DNA from: Sulfurospirillaceae bacterium
GTDB taxonomy: Bacteria > Campylobacterota > Campylobacteria > Campylobacterales > Sulfurospirillaceae
DNA: 64,000 nt
Reading direction: 5' to 3'
Assembly (NCBI GenBank): GCA_033723415.1
Contig: JAWVXD010000002.1
Location: 64,001-128,000, forward strand
The position numbers and the translations under genes are program-made. Within the stretch, counting starts at the first letter, position 1; each line of letters opens with the position of its first letter. This document shows, piece by piece, positions 42,847 to 52,982 of the stretch. A model generated the notes under the pieces. That model saw nothing but the letters and a program-made list of their open reading frames with translations, was not told where the DNA came from and made no database searches.

Positions 42847-42931
42847 CATTGAGTTGTCCATCTCGCAATCAATAAATCCTTATGAAAAGTCACTATAACT
42901 TTCCCAAGACAATAAATAGATTGCATGAACA

Positions 42932-43249
42932 TTATAGGTATGAATTTATCTTATCTGCTAAAATTTGTTTTGAAGAAGCACCAACCATTTGGTCAACTAA
43001 TTCCCCATTTTTAAAAAATAAAATTGTAGGAATTGATCTAATTCCATATTTTACGGCAACATCTTGTTCTTCATCTGTATTTACTTTACAAATTTTTGCT
43101 TTACCATCAAAATCTTCGGCTAATTCTTCTATAACAGGAGCTATCATTCTACAAGGTCCACACCAAGGTGCCCAGAAATCTACTAATGCTACGCCTTCAC
43201 TCACTGTGCTATCAAAGTTTGATGCATTCAACTCTACATATTTTCCCAT
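42932..43249 (-). CDS. trxA: Thioredoxin
   Basis: DFWAPWCGPC. Confidence 0.97.
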   Translation of the reverse strand: MGKYVELNASNFDSTVSEGVALVDFWAPWCGPCRMIAPVIEELAEDFDGKAKICKVNTDEEQDVAVKYGIRSIPTILFFKNGELVDQMVGASSKQILADKINSYL

Positions 43250-43346
43250 AATTTCTCCTAAATCTTGACTTATTAATTATAGTATATTATACAAATTTTT
43301 CTTTAAAATTACCATAGGCGATCTTTTTAATTACCAACATACATGA

Positions 43347-43670
43347 TCAGCTAATATTTTCTAAAATCTCAATATTGTTCGAATCCACCAAGGCTGCGCA
43401 TATCTGATAATCTTTATCTTCTTGATTTAACATAAAAAAATAATTTATGGTTTTGATTATTTTTTCTAATTTTGTCGGTGTTATTCTATAAATCGGATCA
43501 TAATCTTTAGAATATTTTACTTCAAAAAAACTAATTAAGGAGCCTTTTTCAGCAATAATATCTATCTCACCGAATTTTGAGTGAAAATTTCTCTTTATAA
43601 TCTTGTATCCTTGTTTCTTTAGATACTTTTCTACTCTATCTTCTGCAAGTTTACCGATTTCTAAACTCAT
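43347..43670 (-). CDS. YraN family (UPF0102) putative endonuclease
   Basis: G..AE, RNF..KFGEIDII, FEVK. Confidence 0.9.
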   Translation of the reverse strand: MSLEIGKLAEDRVEKYLKKQGYKIIKRNFHSKFGEIDIIAEKGSLISFFEVKYSKDYDPIYRITPTKLEKIIKTINYFFMLNQEDKDYQICAALVDSNNIEILENIS

Positions 43671-44939
43671 CTACTCTTCTATTCTGATCATAGTAGGTTT
43701 CTTCTTTATAAATTCACATTGATGTATATCATTGATTGCTTTTTGTATATCTTTTTCAAAGCATTTATGCGTTGAAAAAAGCAATGTTGCATTTTTAACA
43801 TCACTGCTTTGTTTCTGAATAAAACTATTGATAGATATATTATATTCGCCTAAAATCTTTGCTATTTTTGACAAAACACCAATCTTGTCTTCTACTTCTA
43901 TTCTCACGTAATACTTTGTAAAAATCTCATTTGCATCTTTTAGCTTCAACACACTGTTTTCTAGTATATTTTTAAATCCCAGCATAGGTGAATTGCTACC
44001 GTTTCTTGCTATGTCAATAATATCTGATATAACCGAGCTAGCAGTTGCATCTCCGCCCGCACCTGGTCCATAATACATAGTTTCTCCTACACAATCACCA
44101 ACAACACTGACTCCGTTCATAACACCGTCAATCTTAGCTATCATTTCATTTTTGTTTATAAGTGCCGGATGAACTCTAAGTTCTACACTGTTCCCTGTCT
44201 TTTTTGCTATTGTAAGTAATTTTATACTGTAGCCAAATTCATTTGCAAAGAAGATATCTTCTTTGTTTATATTTTCTATACCTTCTATAAGTATGTCTTC
44301 TGGTTTTGCATCAATTCCATAAGCAATACTTGCCAATATCAAAAGTTTATGAGCAGCATCAAAACCACCTATGTCAAAACTAGGATCTGCTTCTGCATAT
44401 CCTAGCTCTTGGGCTTCTTTTAGGATCTCTTCAAATTCTACGCCGTCTTTCATCATCTTGGTCAACATATAATTACAAGTACCGTTCATTATACCCTTGA
44501 TCGACTCTATATGATTTGCACTTAGTCCCTCTCTTAAAGCTTTGATAATAGGAATACCTCCTGCTACGCTTGCTTCAAATCCTATTGGTATATTTTTCGC
44601 ATATTTTTGAAGTTCATATCTGTGGTAAGCAAGCATCGCTTTGTTTGCTGTCACGACAGCTTTATTCTTTGCTAATGCTTTTTTTACTACTTCATAGGCG
44701 TCATCAACCCCACCCATGAGTTCAACAACAATATCAATACTGTCATCTTCTAATATGTCATCTAGATTATTGCTTATGCGTATATTTACATCTCTTTTTT
44801 TATCTATGTTTTTGACTATACCAATAACCGGGACGATCTCTTTACCGGCTCTTGCTTTTATAATATCTTTATTCTTTTGTAAAATCTTAATAACACTTGT
44901 ACCGACTGTACCTACCCCTATTACCCCTACTTTTATCAT
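43671..44939 (-). CDS. hom: Homoserine dehydrogenase
   Basis: GVGTVG, TANK, EASVAGGIP, C-terminal ACT domain. Confidence 0.96.
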   Translation of the reverse strand: MIKVGVIGVGTVGTSVIKILQKNKDIIKARAGKEIVPVIGIVKNIDKKRDVNIRISNNLDDILEDDSIDIVVELMGGVDDAYEVVKKALAKNKAVVTANKAMLAYHRYELQKYAKNIPIGFEASVAGGIPIIKALREGLSANHIESIKGIMNGTCNYMLTKMMKDGVEFEEILKEAQELGYAEADPSFDIGGFDAAHKLLILASIAYGIDAKPEDILIEGIENINKEDIFFANEFGYSIKLLTIAKKTGNSVELRVHPALINKNEMIAKIDGVMNGVSVVGDCVGETMYYGPGAGGDATASSVISDIIDIARNGSNSPMLGFKNILENSVLKLKDANEIFTKYYVRIEVEDKIGVLSKIAKILGEYNISINSFIQKQSSDVKNATLLFSTHKCFEKDIQKAINDIHQCEFIKKKPTMIRIEE

Positions 44940-46153
44940 TATTTTGCCTCTAAACTCTTTAAATATTTTTTTACATTTCTGGCAGCTTGTCTTATTCTGT
45001 TTTCATTTTCGATCAATGCGATTCTTACATACTGATCTCCATGTTCACCGAATCCGATCCCAGGACTTACTGCTATCTTCGCTTCTTTCAATAACTGTTT
45101 TGAGAATTCCATACTTCCTAAATGTCTTGCCACTTCAGGAATTTTTGCCCAGATAAACATCGTAGATTTTGGTTTTCCCATCTTCCATCCTGCATTATTG
45201 AAACTCTCATGAAGAACATCTCGTCTATTTCTATATACTTCTTTTATCTCTTCTACACACTCTTGCGGTCCATCAAGTGCTATAGTAGAAGCCACTTGTA
45301 TTGGAGTAAACATACCATAATCAAACCAGGATTTGATTTTTTGTAAAGCTCCGACAAGCTTTGGGTTACCTACTATAAAACCGACTCTCCAACCCGCCAT
45401 GTTATAACTTTTAGAAAGAGTCGAACTTTCAACCGCCACATCCTTAGCGCCTTCTACTTCAAATATAGATGGTGTCGTATAGCCATCATATGTCAGATCA
45501 GCATACGCTATATCGCTTATGATATAAAATCTCTCTTGCTTTGCATATGCCACCAATTCTTCATAAAACGATTTATCTACTGTAACCGTTGTTGGATTAT
45601 GAGGAAAATTTACAACTACAAACTTAGGTTTTGGGACAGAATCTCTAAATGCTTTTTTTAATTTAATAAAAAATTGTTCCTTATCCAATTCAAAATTTTC
45701 ATTAAAATCTAAACCAAATTTATGGACATTTCCTCCTGCGATTATAAATGCATGTGAGTGAATAGGATAGGCAGGATCAGGTACTACTGCAACATCTCCT
45801 GGATTCGTTATAGCTTGAACCAAATGCACATAACCCTCTTTGCTTCCAAGCGTTACTACAGCTTCAGTATTTGGATCTAAGTCAACTCCATATTTCCTTT
45901 TATACCAGTTGCAAATAGCAAGTCTTAATTTATAAATACCTTTGCTGACACTATAACCGTGAGTCTTGTCTTTACTGACCGAATCTACGAGCTTATCTAT
46001 TATGTGTTGCGGTGTTCTTCCATCAGGATTACCCATAGAAAAATCTATAATATCCTCACCTGCACGTCTGGCTTTTAATTTTATCTCATTTATTTCTGCA
46101 AATACATAGTTCGGTAATCTTTCTATCGTATTAAATCTAATTTCATCAAACAT
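44939..46153 (-). CDS. PLP-dependent class I/II aminotransferase (AlaC/DapL-like)
   Basis: NFPHNPT, DIAY, SKSYNMAGWRVG. Confidence 0.9.
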   Translation of the reverse strand: MFDEIRFNTIERLPNYVFAEINEIKLKARRAGEDIIDFSMGNPDGRTPQHIIDKLVDSVSKDKTHGYSVSKGIYKLRLAICNWYKRKYGVDLDPNTEAVVTLGSKEGYVHLVQAITNPGDVAVVPDPAYPIHSHAFIIAGGNVHKFGLDFNENFELDKEQFFIKLKKAFRDSVPKPKFVVVNFPHNPTTVTVDKSFYEELVAYAKQERFYIISDIAYADLTYDGYTTPSIFEVEGAKDVAVESSTLSKSYNMAGWRVGFIVGNPKLVGALQKIKSWFDYGMFTPIQVASTIALDGPQECVEEIKEVYRNRRDVLHESFNNAGWKMGKPKSTMFIWAKIPEVARHLGSMEFSKQLLKEAKIAVSPGIGFGEHGDQYVRIALIENENRIRQAARNVKKYLKSLEAK

Positions 46154-46218
46154 CGTATTCTTCCTTTTCTACAAAATTTTTAAATTCAAATTTAACTAAA
46201 AGCTAATAAAGGGTGTGT

Positions 46219-47040
46219 TTAATTGTTGCTCTTAAGATAAACACTTAACCCATGCTTTATATTATCCAGTGTGTATATGTCCCCGATTCTTATATATTTA
46301 CAATCTTTTGGGACTTTCAATGTGATGCCATATGTTCTTTCGTTGATCTTTGTCTGGGAAATCAAGTGTAAGCCTCTATCCAAGAACAATACCAAAGGAT
46401 ACCAGTGATCAGAAAAGCTTGTTTTTATTTTGATAGATTTGGCATTGTTATTTTCTATCCAATACGGTTGAATCGGTTTTGGCAGATCCGTATTTATATC
46501 GTTTTCTAATTTTACCGTATTTAGTTTTGCATCTTGTGAGTCGATCTTGTACTCCCAATGGTCATCATTCTCTTTTATGATATCCTCAATTTTACATCCT
46601 CTCTTCTCAAGCTCTTGGGCAAATAGAATCGGATTTATAATTCTTTTGGTTTTTAAATTTATAGTCCATGTAAATTTATTTTCTGATTTTGCTGCTTCTT
46701 CAGTCAAAAAATAGTTGTAACCTATTGCTTCCAAAGATTCACTTATAACCCTTGTAAATATAAGTGGATTCTTATCCGTGATAAATTTTATATGCAAAAA
46801 GATAGGCGAATTATAAAAAAGCTTCAATAATCCGTTATCTTGCAACTCTTTTATAACTTTCAGGCTATCTACACTGCCATCGGATTGTCTATAAAAATTT
46901 GACTCATTTTTAAATAAAATTTTAACCAAATTTTCTTGTTTAGCATAGTTCTCTGCACCCATATAGCTGATGATCTTATCTTGCAGATTTGCAAAAGCAA
47001 ATGTAGCTATAAATGCCAATAAAAAGATTTTTTTTACCAA
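46219..47040 (-). CDS. Conserved exported protein (Campylobacterota)
   Basis: Signal peptide; operon position. Confidence 0.7.
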   Translation of the reverse strand: MVKKIFLLAFIATFAFANLQDKIISYMGAENYAKQENLVKILFKNESNFYRQSDGSVDSLKVIKELQDNGLLKLFYNSPIFLHIKFITDKNPLIFTRVISESLEAIGYNYFLTEEAAKSENKFTWTINLKTKRIINPILFAQELEKRGCKIEDIIKENDDHWEYKIDSQDAKLNTVKLENDINTDLPKPIQPYWIENNNAKSIKIKTSFSDHWYPLVLFLDRGLHLISQTKINERTYGITLKVPKDCKYIRIGDIYTLDNIKHGLSVYLKSNN

Positions 47041-47945
47041 AGAGAGCCTCTATTTAATTCCATAAACTTCTTTGTTGAAATTTGTGATATATTTCCATCT
47101 TTAATCATAAATTTCATCGGCTGTATCTTATTATACTTTGTTACTTCTCCGTTAAAGTACAAAGTAAAATCTCCATGACCTGTTGTTATAAGCTGGTCTT
47201 TAGACGGATCAATAGTATAATTGCCATCTCCCAGATATGAACTTCTTTTAAAAGTTTTTAGATCAATAATCCCGATCCAAAGTTTCGTTGCAGGAGAAAT
47301 AAAATCATCTTTGTTTATATTTAACGCAACAGAAGTAGAATTATTTTCTTGTACTTTATCTTGTTTGATCTGTATATTTGAAAACGACTTATTTGATTCA
47401 TCAGAGGTATTCTTATCTACAGTCACAGGTAATGTGTTTACGGTAGTAGAGTTGTTATCTTCAGTAAAAGCTGTAGTATTTACCTCATCGACCTTAACAT
47501 TACCGGATAATGACTTTTTAGCTTCACTAACAACAGGGGTTTCTTCATATGTATAGTTTATATCTTTTTTAAGTACCGTGTCTTCAAAAAAATTCAATTT
47601 TTTATTTAAAAACATATAAGCACCATACAAAATTGCAACTAAAACAATAAGAGATAGCAGTGTAAATATAACCTTTGTATATTTTTTTGGTTTTTGAACT
47701 ATAAATATCTTATTATGTTCTTGTTCAGGTATTTGTTCATCCCAATACTGCCTTGCTTCTTCAAGCCAATCTGTAAAATCCAGATCATACTCTCTAGAAA
47801 TTATTTTTGCAAACCCTATAGAATTTGTCTTATTTAACTTGTCAAACTCCGAATTGATTATATATTCTAAAAATTTAACTTCAATATGGGTTTTTCGTGA
47901 AACTTCTTTTAAGCCTATATCTTCAAGAATCCTAATACTAGCCAT
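47034..47945 (-). CDS. RodZ-like HTH membrane protein
   Basis: N-terminal HTH-like segment (LKEVSRKTHI..GFAKII.REY), single TM, periplasmic domain. Confidence 0.6.
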   Translation of the reverse strand: MASIRILEDIGLKEVSRKTHIEVKFLEYIINSEFDKLNKTNSIGFAKIISREYDLDFTDWLEEARQYWDEQIPEQEHNKIFIVQKPKKYTKVIFTLLSLIVLVAILYGAYMFLNKKLNFFEDTVLKKDINYTYEETPVVSEAKKSLSGNVKVDEVNTTAFTEDNNSTTVNTLPVTVDKNTSDESNKSFSNIQIKQDKVQENNSTSVALNINKDDFISPATKLWIGIIDLKTFKRSSYLGDGNYTIDPSKDQLITTGHGDFTLYFNGEVTKYNKIQPMKFMIKDGNISQISTKKFMELNRGSLW

Positions 47946-48621
47946 TAAATATCCTATCGCACAATATTGCAGTAGCTGCGCCAACGTTTAAAGAGTCAAA
48001 TTCTCTCGCCATTTTTATAGAAACGATTTCATCAAGCTTAGATTTTACTTTACTTGGGATACCTTCTCCCTCACTGCCCATCATTAAAGCTTTTTTAGGG
48101 CTAAACTTTAATCCTTTAACATCTTTTCCATTCATATCTGCACCATAGATCTTAAAACCAACTTGTTTTAGCTCATTTATCAAATCTAGAGTATTGCTTT
48201 CTAAAACTATAGGAATCTCAAATATTGCCGCACTGCTAGTTCTGATAAGAGCTTCCAAATTAATACTTTTTATTCCACTTATTATTACAGCATCTGCACC
48301 AAATACATATGCGCTTCTGATAATTGCTCCAATATTACCTACATCAGTAATCCCTTGTAATATCAGTACAAACGAACTTTTTTTGATGTCATTGAAATCA
48401 GTAAAGGTTATGTCTTCAATATGCGCTATAAAACCTTGGTGGTTTCCGCCATGACACAGAGCTTGTGCCTTCATATTATCAACCAAAGAAACATCCAAGC
48501 ATGCTCTCTTTATCTTCGAAAAAAGTTTTGGGTCACACTTCTTAGATAACTGCACTTTTATTAATTTATTCGGATATTTTTCTAAAACATGTAAAAAAAG
48601 TTGTTTACCGTATATTATCAT
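47938..48621 (-). CDS. rlmB: 23S rRNA (G2251-2'-O)-methyltransferase
   Basis: NHQG, D.GNIGAIIRS, GSEGEG, SLNV SPOUT motifs. Confidence 0.9.
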   Translation of the reverse strand: MIIYGKQLFLHVLEKYPNKLIKVQLSKKCDPKLFSKIKRACLDVSLVDNMKAQALCHGGNHQGFIAHIEDITFTDFNDIKKSSFVLILQGITDVGNIGAIIRSAYVFGADAVIISGIKSINLEALIRTSSAAIFEIPIVLESNTLDLINELKQVGFKIYGADMNGKDVKGLKFSPKKALMMGSEGEGIPSKVKSKLDEIVSIKMAREFDSLNVGAATAILCDRIFNG

Positions 48622-48664
48622 GGATTTATTGTATCTAAAATAGCTTAAAAAGTACTATAAAAGC

Positions 48665-49480
48665 TTAAGTCTCTTGTATGTTTTTATAACAATCTTTGAT
48701 GCTTGTCCCTGTCAATTTTGAAAGTAGTTTTGCTTTTTGTTTTGGATGTATTTCTAAAGATTTTATATCCTCTTCAGTAATTTTTTCACCGATTAGTTCC
48801 TCTTTTGGCTCTAGCACCAAAGACCACTCTCCCTTTGGGTTTATATGATTTAAAAAATTCGGAAATTCACAGCAGGTAGCAAAAAATTTATTTTCAAATT
48901 TTTTAGTTGCTTCTTTTATGGCAAAAAGTTTTCTATTTGGACACATCTTCTCTAGTTCGAGAGAAAGTTTTGCGATTCTATGGGGTGACTCGTACAATAT
49001 TGTAGGATAGATCGAATCAATCACGCTAGATAAGGCATTTGTTCTTTCTTTTCCCTTATGTGGCAAAAAACCATAAAACGTAAATTTGCTCAGATCAAAA
49101 CCACTTGAAGCATAAGCTAAAAGAGCGGCATTTGCTCCAGGCAAAACTTCATATCCTATATCATTTTCTTGACAATATTGAACAAGTTTTGCTCCTGGAT
49201 CACTAATACATGGCATCCCTGCGTCACTCATAAATGCTATATTATTTAGAAAAATCTCTTTGTCAAATGAAGCTAATACTTTTTCGTCATTGTGAGAATG
49301 AAATGATATAAATTTTTCGATTTTGAATTCTATGTTATGTTTGATTGAAAGTAAATTGAGGAGTTTTTTTGTGACTCGTGTATCTTCACAAAGCAGAATT
49401 TGTATTTCAGTCAAAAGCTTTAAGCTTCTAACTGAAATATCATCTATATTTCCTATTGGAGTAGGAATTAAATATACCAA
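48665..49480 (-). CDS. rsmI: 16S rRNA (C1402-2'-O)-methyltransferase
   Basis: TPIGN..DIS, CEDTR, SDAGMPCISDPG, YESPHR. Confidence 0.95.
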   Translation of the reverse strand: MVYLIPTPIGNIDDISVRSLKLLTEIQILLCEDTRVTKKLLNLLSIKHNIEFKIEKFISFHSHNDEKVLASFDKEIFLNNIAFMSDAGMPCISDPGAKLVQYCQENDIGYEVLPGANAALLAYASSGFDLSKFTFYGFLPHKGKERTNALSSVIDSIYPTILYESPHRIAKLSLELEKMCPNRKLFAIKEATKKFENKFFATCCEFPNFLNHINPKGEWSLVLEPKEELIGEKITEEDIKSLEIHPKQKAKLLSKLTGTSIKDCYKNIQET

Positions 49481-49495
49481 AATATTTTAGAAAAA

Positions 49496-49696
49496 CTATT
49501 TTAAATTGTATTTTTTCTTAAATTTTTCAACTCTACCGGCCGCATCCACTATTTTTTCACTGCCCGTAAAAAATGGATGGCATTCATTACAAATGTCTAT
49601 CTTAATTTCAGGTTTGTTAGACATTGTTTCAAATTTATTTCCGCAAGCACAACTAACGGTACAAGCGACATATTCAGGGTGAATATCTTTTTTCAT
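49496..49696 (-). CDS. rpmE: 50S ribosomal protein L31 (Zn-binding type)
   Basis: [23 protein letters not shown]. Confidence 0.97.
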   Translation of the reverse strand: MKKDIHPEYVACTVSCACGNKFETMSNKPEIKIDICNECHPFFTGSEKIVDAAGRVEKFKKKYNLK

Positions 49697-49811
49697 TCTT
49701 ATCTTCCTTCAAATTTGTATAAAGTGCCCTAATAATAAGTAAAATTAACTTAGCAGTAGGCTTTTTAAGGCCCACCGCTATATAGGGGGGAGGGGAAACG
49801 AAATTATAACA
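49697..49811 (-). promoter_or_regulatory. rpmE promoter (TGTTATAAT) and structured ~100-nt leader
   Basis: Extended -10 at 49811-49803; 11-bp stem 49751-49780. Confidence 0.6.
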
Positions 49812-49827
49812 CAATACTCTTAAGATT

Positions 49828-50496
49828 TCAAGTTAAAACTAAAGAACAGATTGATATGAGTGCAGTTTCACTTCTAAGTACCATCGGTGTTTGTAATCCT
49901 ATTTTATCTATGTGAGCAAATAAATTTCTCTCTACATTAGAAAATCCACCTTCACATCCGATCAAAAAGGAGGAAAGATCATTTTCTTTTTGTAATTTAT
50001 TTTCACTAAAATCAATCATCTTGCTTTTTGGATAGAGCATAAAATAATCCTTCAAACTATCAACAATTTCAATTTCCATCATTTTACTTCTTCCGCATTG
50101 CTGTGATGAATTTATCAATATCCTCTCAATTCTGTTCAAATCAATTTTAAAATTTTTCTGTGAAAATTCACAATATACAAAAGAGATCTTCGCAACACCT
50201 AATTCATTTAAATATGGAATCGTTTTTTCTATAATCTTGGGATCAACCACGCACCAACCGACATGAAGATACCTAGCCGCTTCAATTTTTAGATGTTCTT
50301 CGCCAATTAAATCCAAACTTGCAAATTTTTTATTGATATCTATAATTTTATATTTATACAAAACATCATCAGACATATTTCTAAAAAAAAGCTCATCTCC
50401 CACTTTAGAACGCCTTACTTTTAGAACATGCGCATATTCTTTGGCATCCAAACTCAATGTGGTTTTTTGGGCTTCGATATGGTATATAAATTGCAT
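49828..50496 (-). CDS. rsmE: 16S rRNA (U1498-N3)-methyltransferase
   Basis: HVLKVRR, ELGV, QQCGR, IGCEGGFS, LRSETA. Confidence 0.92.
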   Translation of the reverse strand: MQFIYHIEAQKTTLSLDAKEYAHVLKVRRSKVGDELFFRNMSDDVLYKYKIIDINKKFASLDLIGEEHLKIEAARYLHVGWCVVDPKIIEKTIPYLNELGVAKISFVYCEFSQKNFKIDLNRIERILINSSQQCGRSKMMEIEIVDSLKDYFMLYPKSKMIDFSENKLQKENDLSSFLIGCEGGFSNVERNLFAHIDKIGLQTPMVLRSETALISICSLVLT

Positions 50497-50498
50497 TT

Positions 50499-50915
50499 TT
50501 ACTTTATGTATACAATAGCCATAGTCGCAATAATCAAAAGTATATCGATCAAATGTTTCTTTTTTGAAAATTTGATAAACCTACTTAATCTAACAGTGTC
50601 ATCACGCCTAAGTGATTTAAATTTTTTGTATCTCTTGATCGTGCTGATAAGTATAGTAAACCATACTATTATCATGACCAATTCCCGATAGCTAAAATTA
50701 AATTTTGATAGCCCTAGTAAAACTAGTCCCGTAAATATAACCGTAGCCAAGAACAAATAATAAAACGGAAGCATTGATCTAAATCTTTTTACCAAACCGT
50801 CATAATCTAATTTTTCATTTATAATAAAATAATTTACAGCTGCAAAAATTAAAACTATTCCAACAAGAGCACTGTGTAGGTGTAAAGTCATAGCAAATGT
50901 CTTATCCATTTTCAA
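50499..50915 (-). CDS. Four-TM hypothetical membrane protein
   Basis: Hydrophobic segments; tightly linked to moaA and rsmE. Confidence 0.7.
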   Translation of the reverse strand: MKMDKTFAMTLHLHSALVGIVLIFAAVNYFIINEKLDYDGLVKRFRSMLPFYYLFLATVIFTGLVLLGLSKFNFSYRELVMIIVWFTILISTIKRYKKFKSLRRDDTVRLSRFIKFSKKKHLIDILLIIATMAIVYIK

Positions 50916-51880
50916 CCTCCGGTTTCATAAAATGCTCTTTGGGATGTTTCATTCTCATTATCTTCACTCCATTTATTTTTTTCTGGCTTGTTTTTCAATA
51001 CGGTTTTTAGTACATTTGCAGCACCTTCTATATCTCCATTTTGAACTGCGTCTTTTATACTCATAGCTTCATCAAAATACAAACAAGGTATCAACATCCC
51101 CTCAGCTGTCAACCTGATTCTATTGCAATCTTCGCAAAAATCATGCTTATGCGGGTCTATAATCCCAAATCTGTATCCATCTTCTAATTCAAAAAGATGC
51201 GCAGGTGACGATCCGACTCTTCCAATCTCTTTAAAAGGATATTTTTGAGATATTGCATCTTTTATCTCTTGTGCACTTAATCCTTGCAATTTATCTTTTG
51301 CATGTTGATTTTCCATATATTCGATAAATCTGATTCTCATATTTTTTGATTTAGCAAATTCCAAAAGATCCAAAACTTCATCAGCATTGATCCCTTTTAA
51401 AGGGACTGTATTTATTTTGACGCTAAACCCTACTTTTAATGCTTCTTCTATACCTTCCATAACATGGATAAAAATATCTTTTTGAGATATCTTCATAGCT
51501 GTTTCTGCCCGAAGAGAGTCAAGTGAGATATTTATTCTCTTTAATCCGGCGTCTTTTAATTTTTTTGCACACTGTTTCAAAAGATAACCATTTGTCGTAA
51601 GAGCTAGATCCAAGTCACTTCTATAATCACTGATCATCTTGATAAACTTATCAAGATCAGCTCTCAAAAGAGGCTCACCACCGGTTATTCTAATCTTGTT
51701 GATGCCTTCATCAATACCAACTTTTATAAATAAAAACAGATCTTCAAAGCTTAGCAAGTTTTCTTTTGGAACCCAAGAAAACGGCTTTTCCGGCATACAA
51801 TACTGACATCTAAAATTACATCGCTCAGTTACGGAAACTCGCAAATAATTGACTTTTCTACCATGTCCGTCTATTAACAT
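50912..51880 (-). CDS. moaA: GTP 3',8-cyclase
   Basis: [15 protein letters not shown]...PCL, C-terminal GG. Confidence 0.96.
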   Translation of the reverse strand: MLIDGHGRKVNYLRVSVTERCNFRCQYCMPEKPFSWVPKENLLSFEDLFLFIKVGIDEGINKIRITGGEPLLRADLDKFIKMISDYRSDLDLALTTNGYLLKQCAKKLKDAGLKRINISLDSLRAETAMKISQKDIFIHVMEGIEEALKVGFSVKINTVPLKGINADEVLDLLEFAKSKNMRIRFIEYMENQHAKDKLQGLSAQEIKDAISQKYPFKEIGRVGSSPAHLFELEDGYRFGIIDPHKHDFCEDCNRIRLTAEGMLIPCLYFDEAMSIKDAVQNGDIEGAANVLKTVLKNKPEKNKWSEDNENETSQRAFYETGG

Positions 51881-52052
51881 AAAAATTCCTTTAAAATAGT
51901 CAACCTTATATTAAATCCATACTATTTTAAAGTGAATTATACCTATCTCAGCTAACAATTATATAAAATGAAAAATTATATTTTTTTATTGATATAGTTT
52001 TGCGTAGTTAAAAAAATAAGGAAGCAAAAAACATTCTTTTGCGTTACCGTTT

Positions 52053-52970
52053 TTATTGATTTTTGCTTCTATTTCTATCTAAAACATCTTTTTGTTGCGT
52101 TTTTTTTGTAGATTTCTTTGCCATAAAACTGATGGTAACACGTCTATTTTTTTTACGCCCTTCTTCTGTAGTATTTGAAGCTATCGGTCTGTATTGTCCA
52201 TAACCAACAACCCCCAGTCTATTTCCGTCTATTCCATCTTGCATCAAGACTTTAACGACAGATAAAGCTCTTGCTGCCGATAACTGCCAATTGTCCTTGT
52301 ATGCTGAATCTTTTGAGGGTGCTATATTGTCTGTATATCCATTGACTAGGATATCAGTACTTTTTGGCATTTCCTTCATGATAAGAACTATTCTTTTGAG
52401 TAGTAATGTAGCATCTACACTTGTAATTTTTGCACTATCTTTTTTAAATAAAAGCGAAGCAGGCAGATTTATAATAAAACCCTTTTCTGATTCTTTGATT
52501 GATATCTCTGTCCCGGCATCTTGCTTTTTTATCATCTCGTTCGCACTGGCAATACTTTTCTTGATCTGAGGATTTTGCATCAGCAATCCTCCTTGTATGG
52601 CAGTACTAGAACTTGAGAGAAGATCACTAGAAGTACTTTTTTGTGAATCACCCTGGCTTGAATTAGGAGTTCCTCCGCTTAATACACTCTTTGCTCCCGG
52701 AAGTGAACCGGACAAAGATGTCGAAGCACTTTTTGAAGCTTCTCCGGATCTTGGGCTCATGCGAATCACAGGATTCATCTGTTCAGGCTTTGGGGTATAT
52801 GAATATATCTGTACAAAAGCTGCTTTTAAAGCATCCATCTTTTTCTTATTTACTGAAGCTAGGGCATAAAGAGCAATGAAAAGAGCCAATAAAAGGCTTA
52901 AGAAATCCGCATAAGGAACGGCCCATTTTTCACCGGCAGGACATTCTGTTTTTTTGCATTTCTTTTTCAA
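52053..52970 (-). CDS. motB: Flagellar stator protein MotB
   Basis: WAVPYADFLSLLLALF, OmpA-like domain (GYTD, NWQLS..RA, NRRV). Confidence 0.93.
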   Translation of the reverse strand: MKKKCKKTECPAGEKWAVPYADFLSLLLALFIALYALASVNKKKMDALKAAFVQIYSYTPKPEQMNPVIRMSPRSGEASKSASTSLSGSLPGAKSVLSGGTPNSSQGDSQKSTSSDLLSSSSTAIQGGLLMQNPQIKKSIASANEMIKKQDAGTEISIKESEKGFIINLPASLLFKKDSAKITSVDATLLLKRIVLIMKEMPKSTDILVNGYTDNIAPSKDSAYKDNWQLSAARALSVVKVLMQDGIDGNRLGVVGYGQYRPIASNTTEEGRKKNRRVTISFMAKKSTKKTQQKDVLDRNRSKNQ

Positions 52971-52982
52971 GCTCTATTTCCT

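Noticed and set aside
42556..42861. 101-aa minus-strand ORF as a real gene
   Set aside because: Tyr/Phe-rich low-complexity composition; overlaps hairpins; no recognisable domain
42855..42931. 6S RNA or SECIS interpretation of the trxA hairpin
   Set aside because: Too short for 6S RNA; the trxA stop is TAA, not TGA
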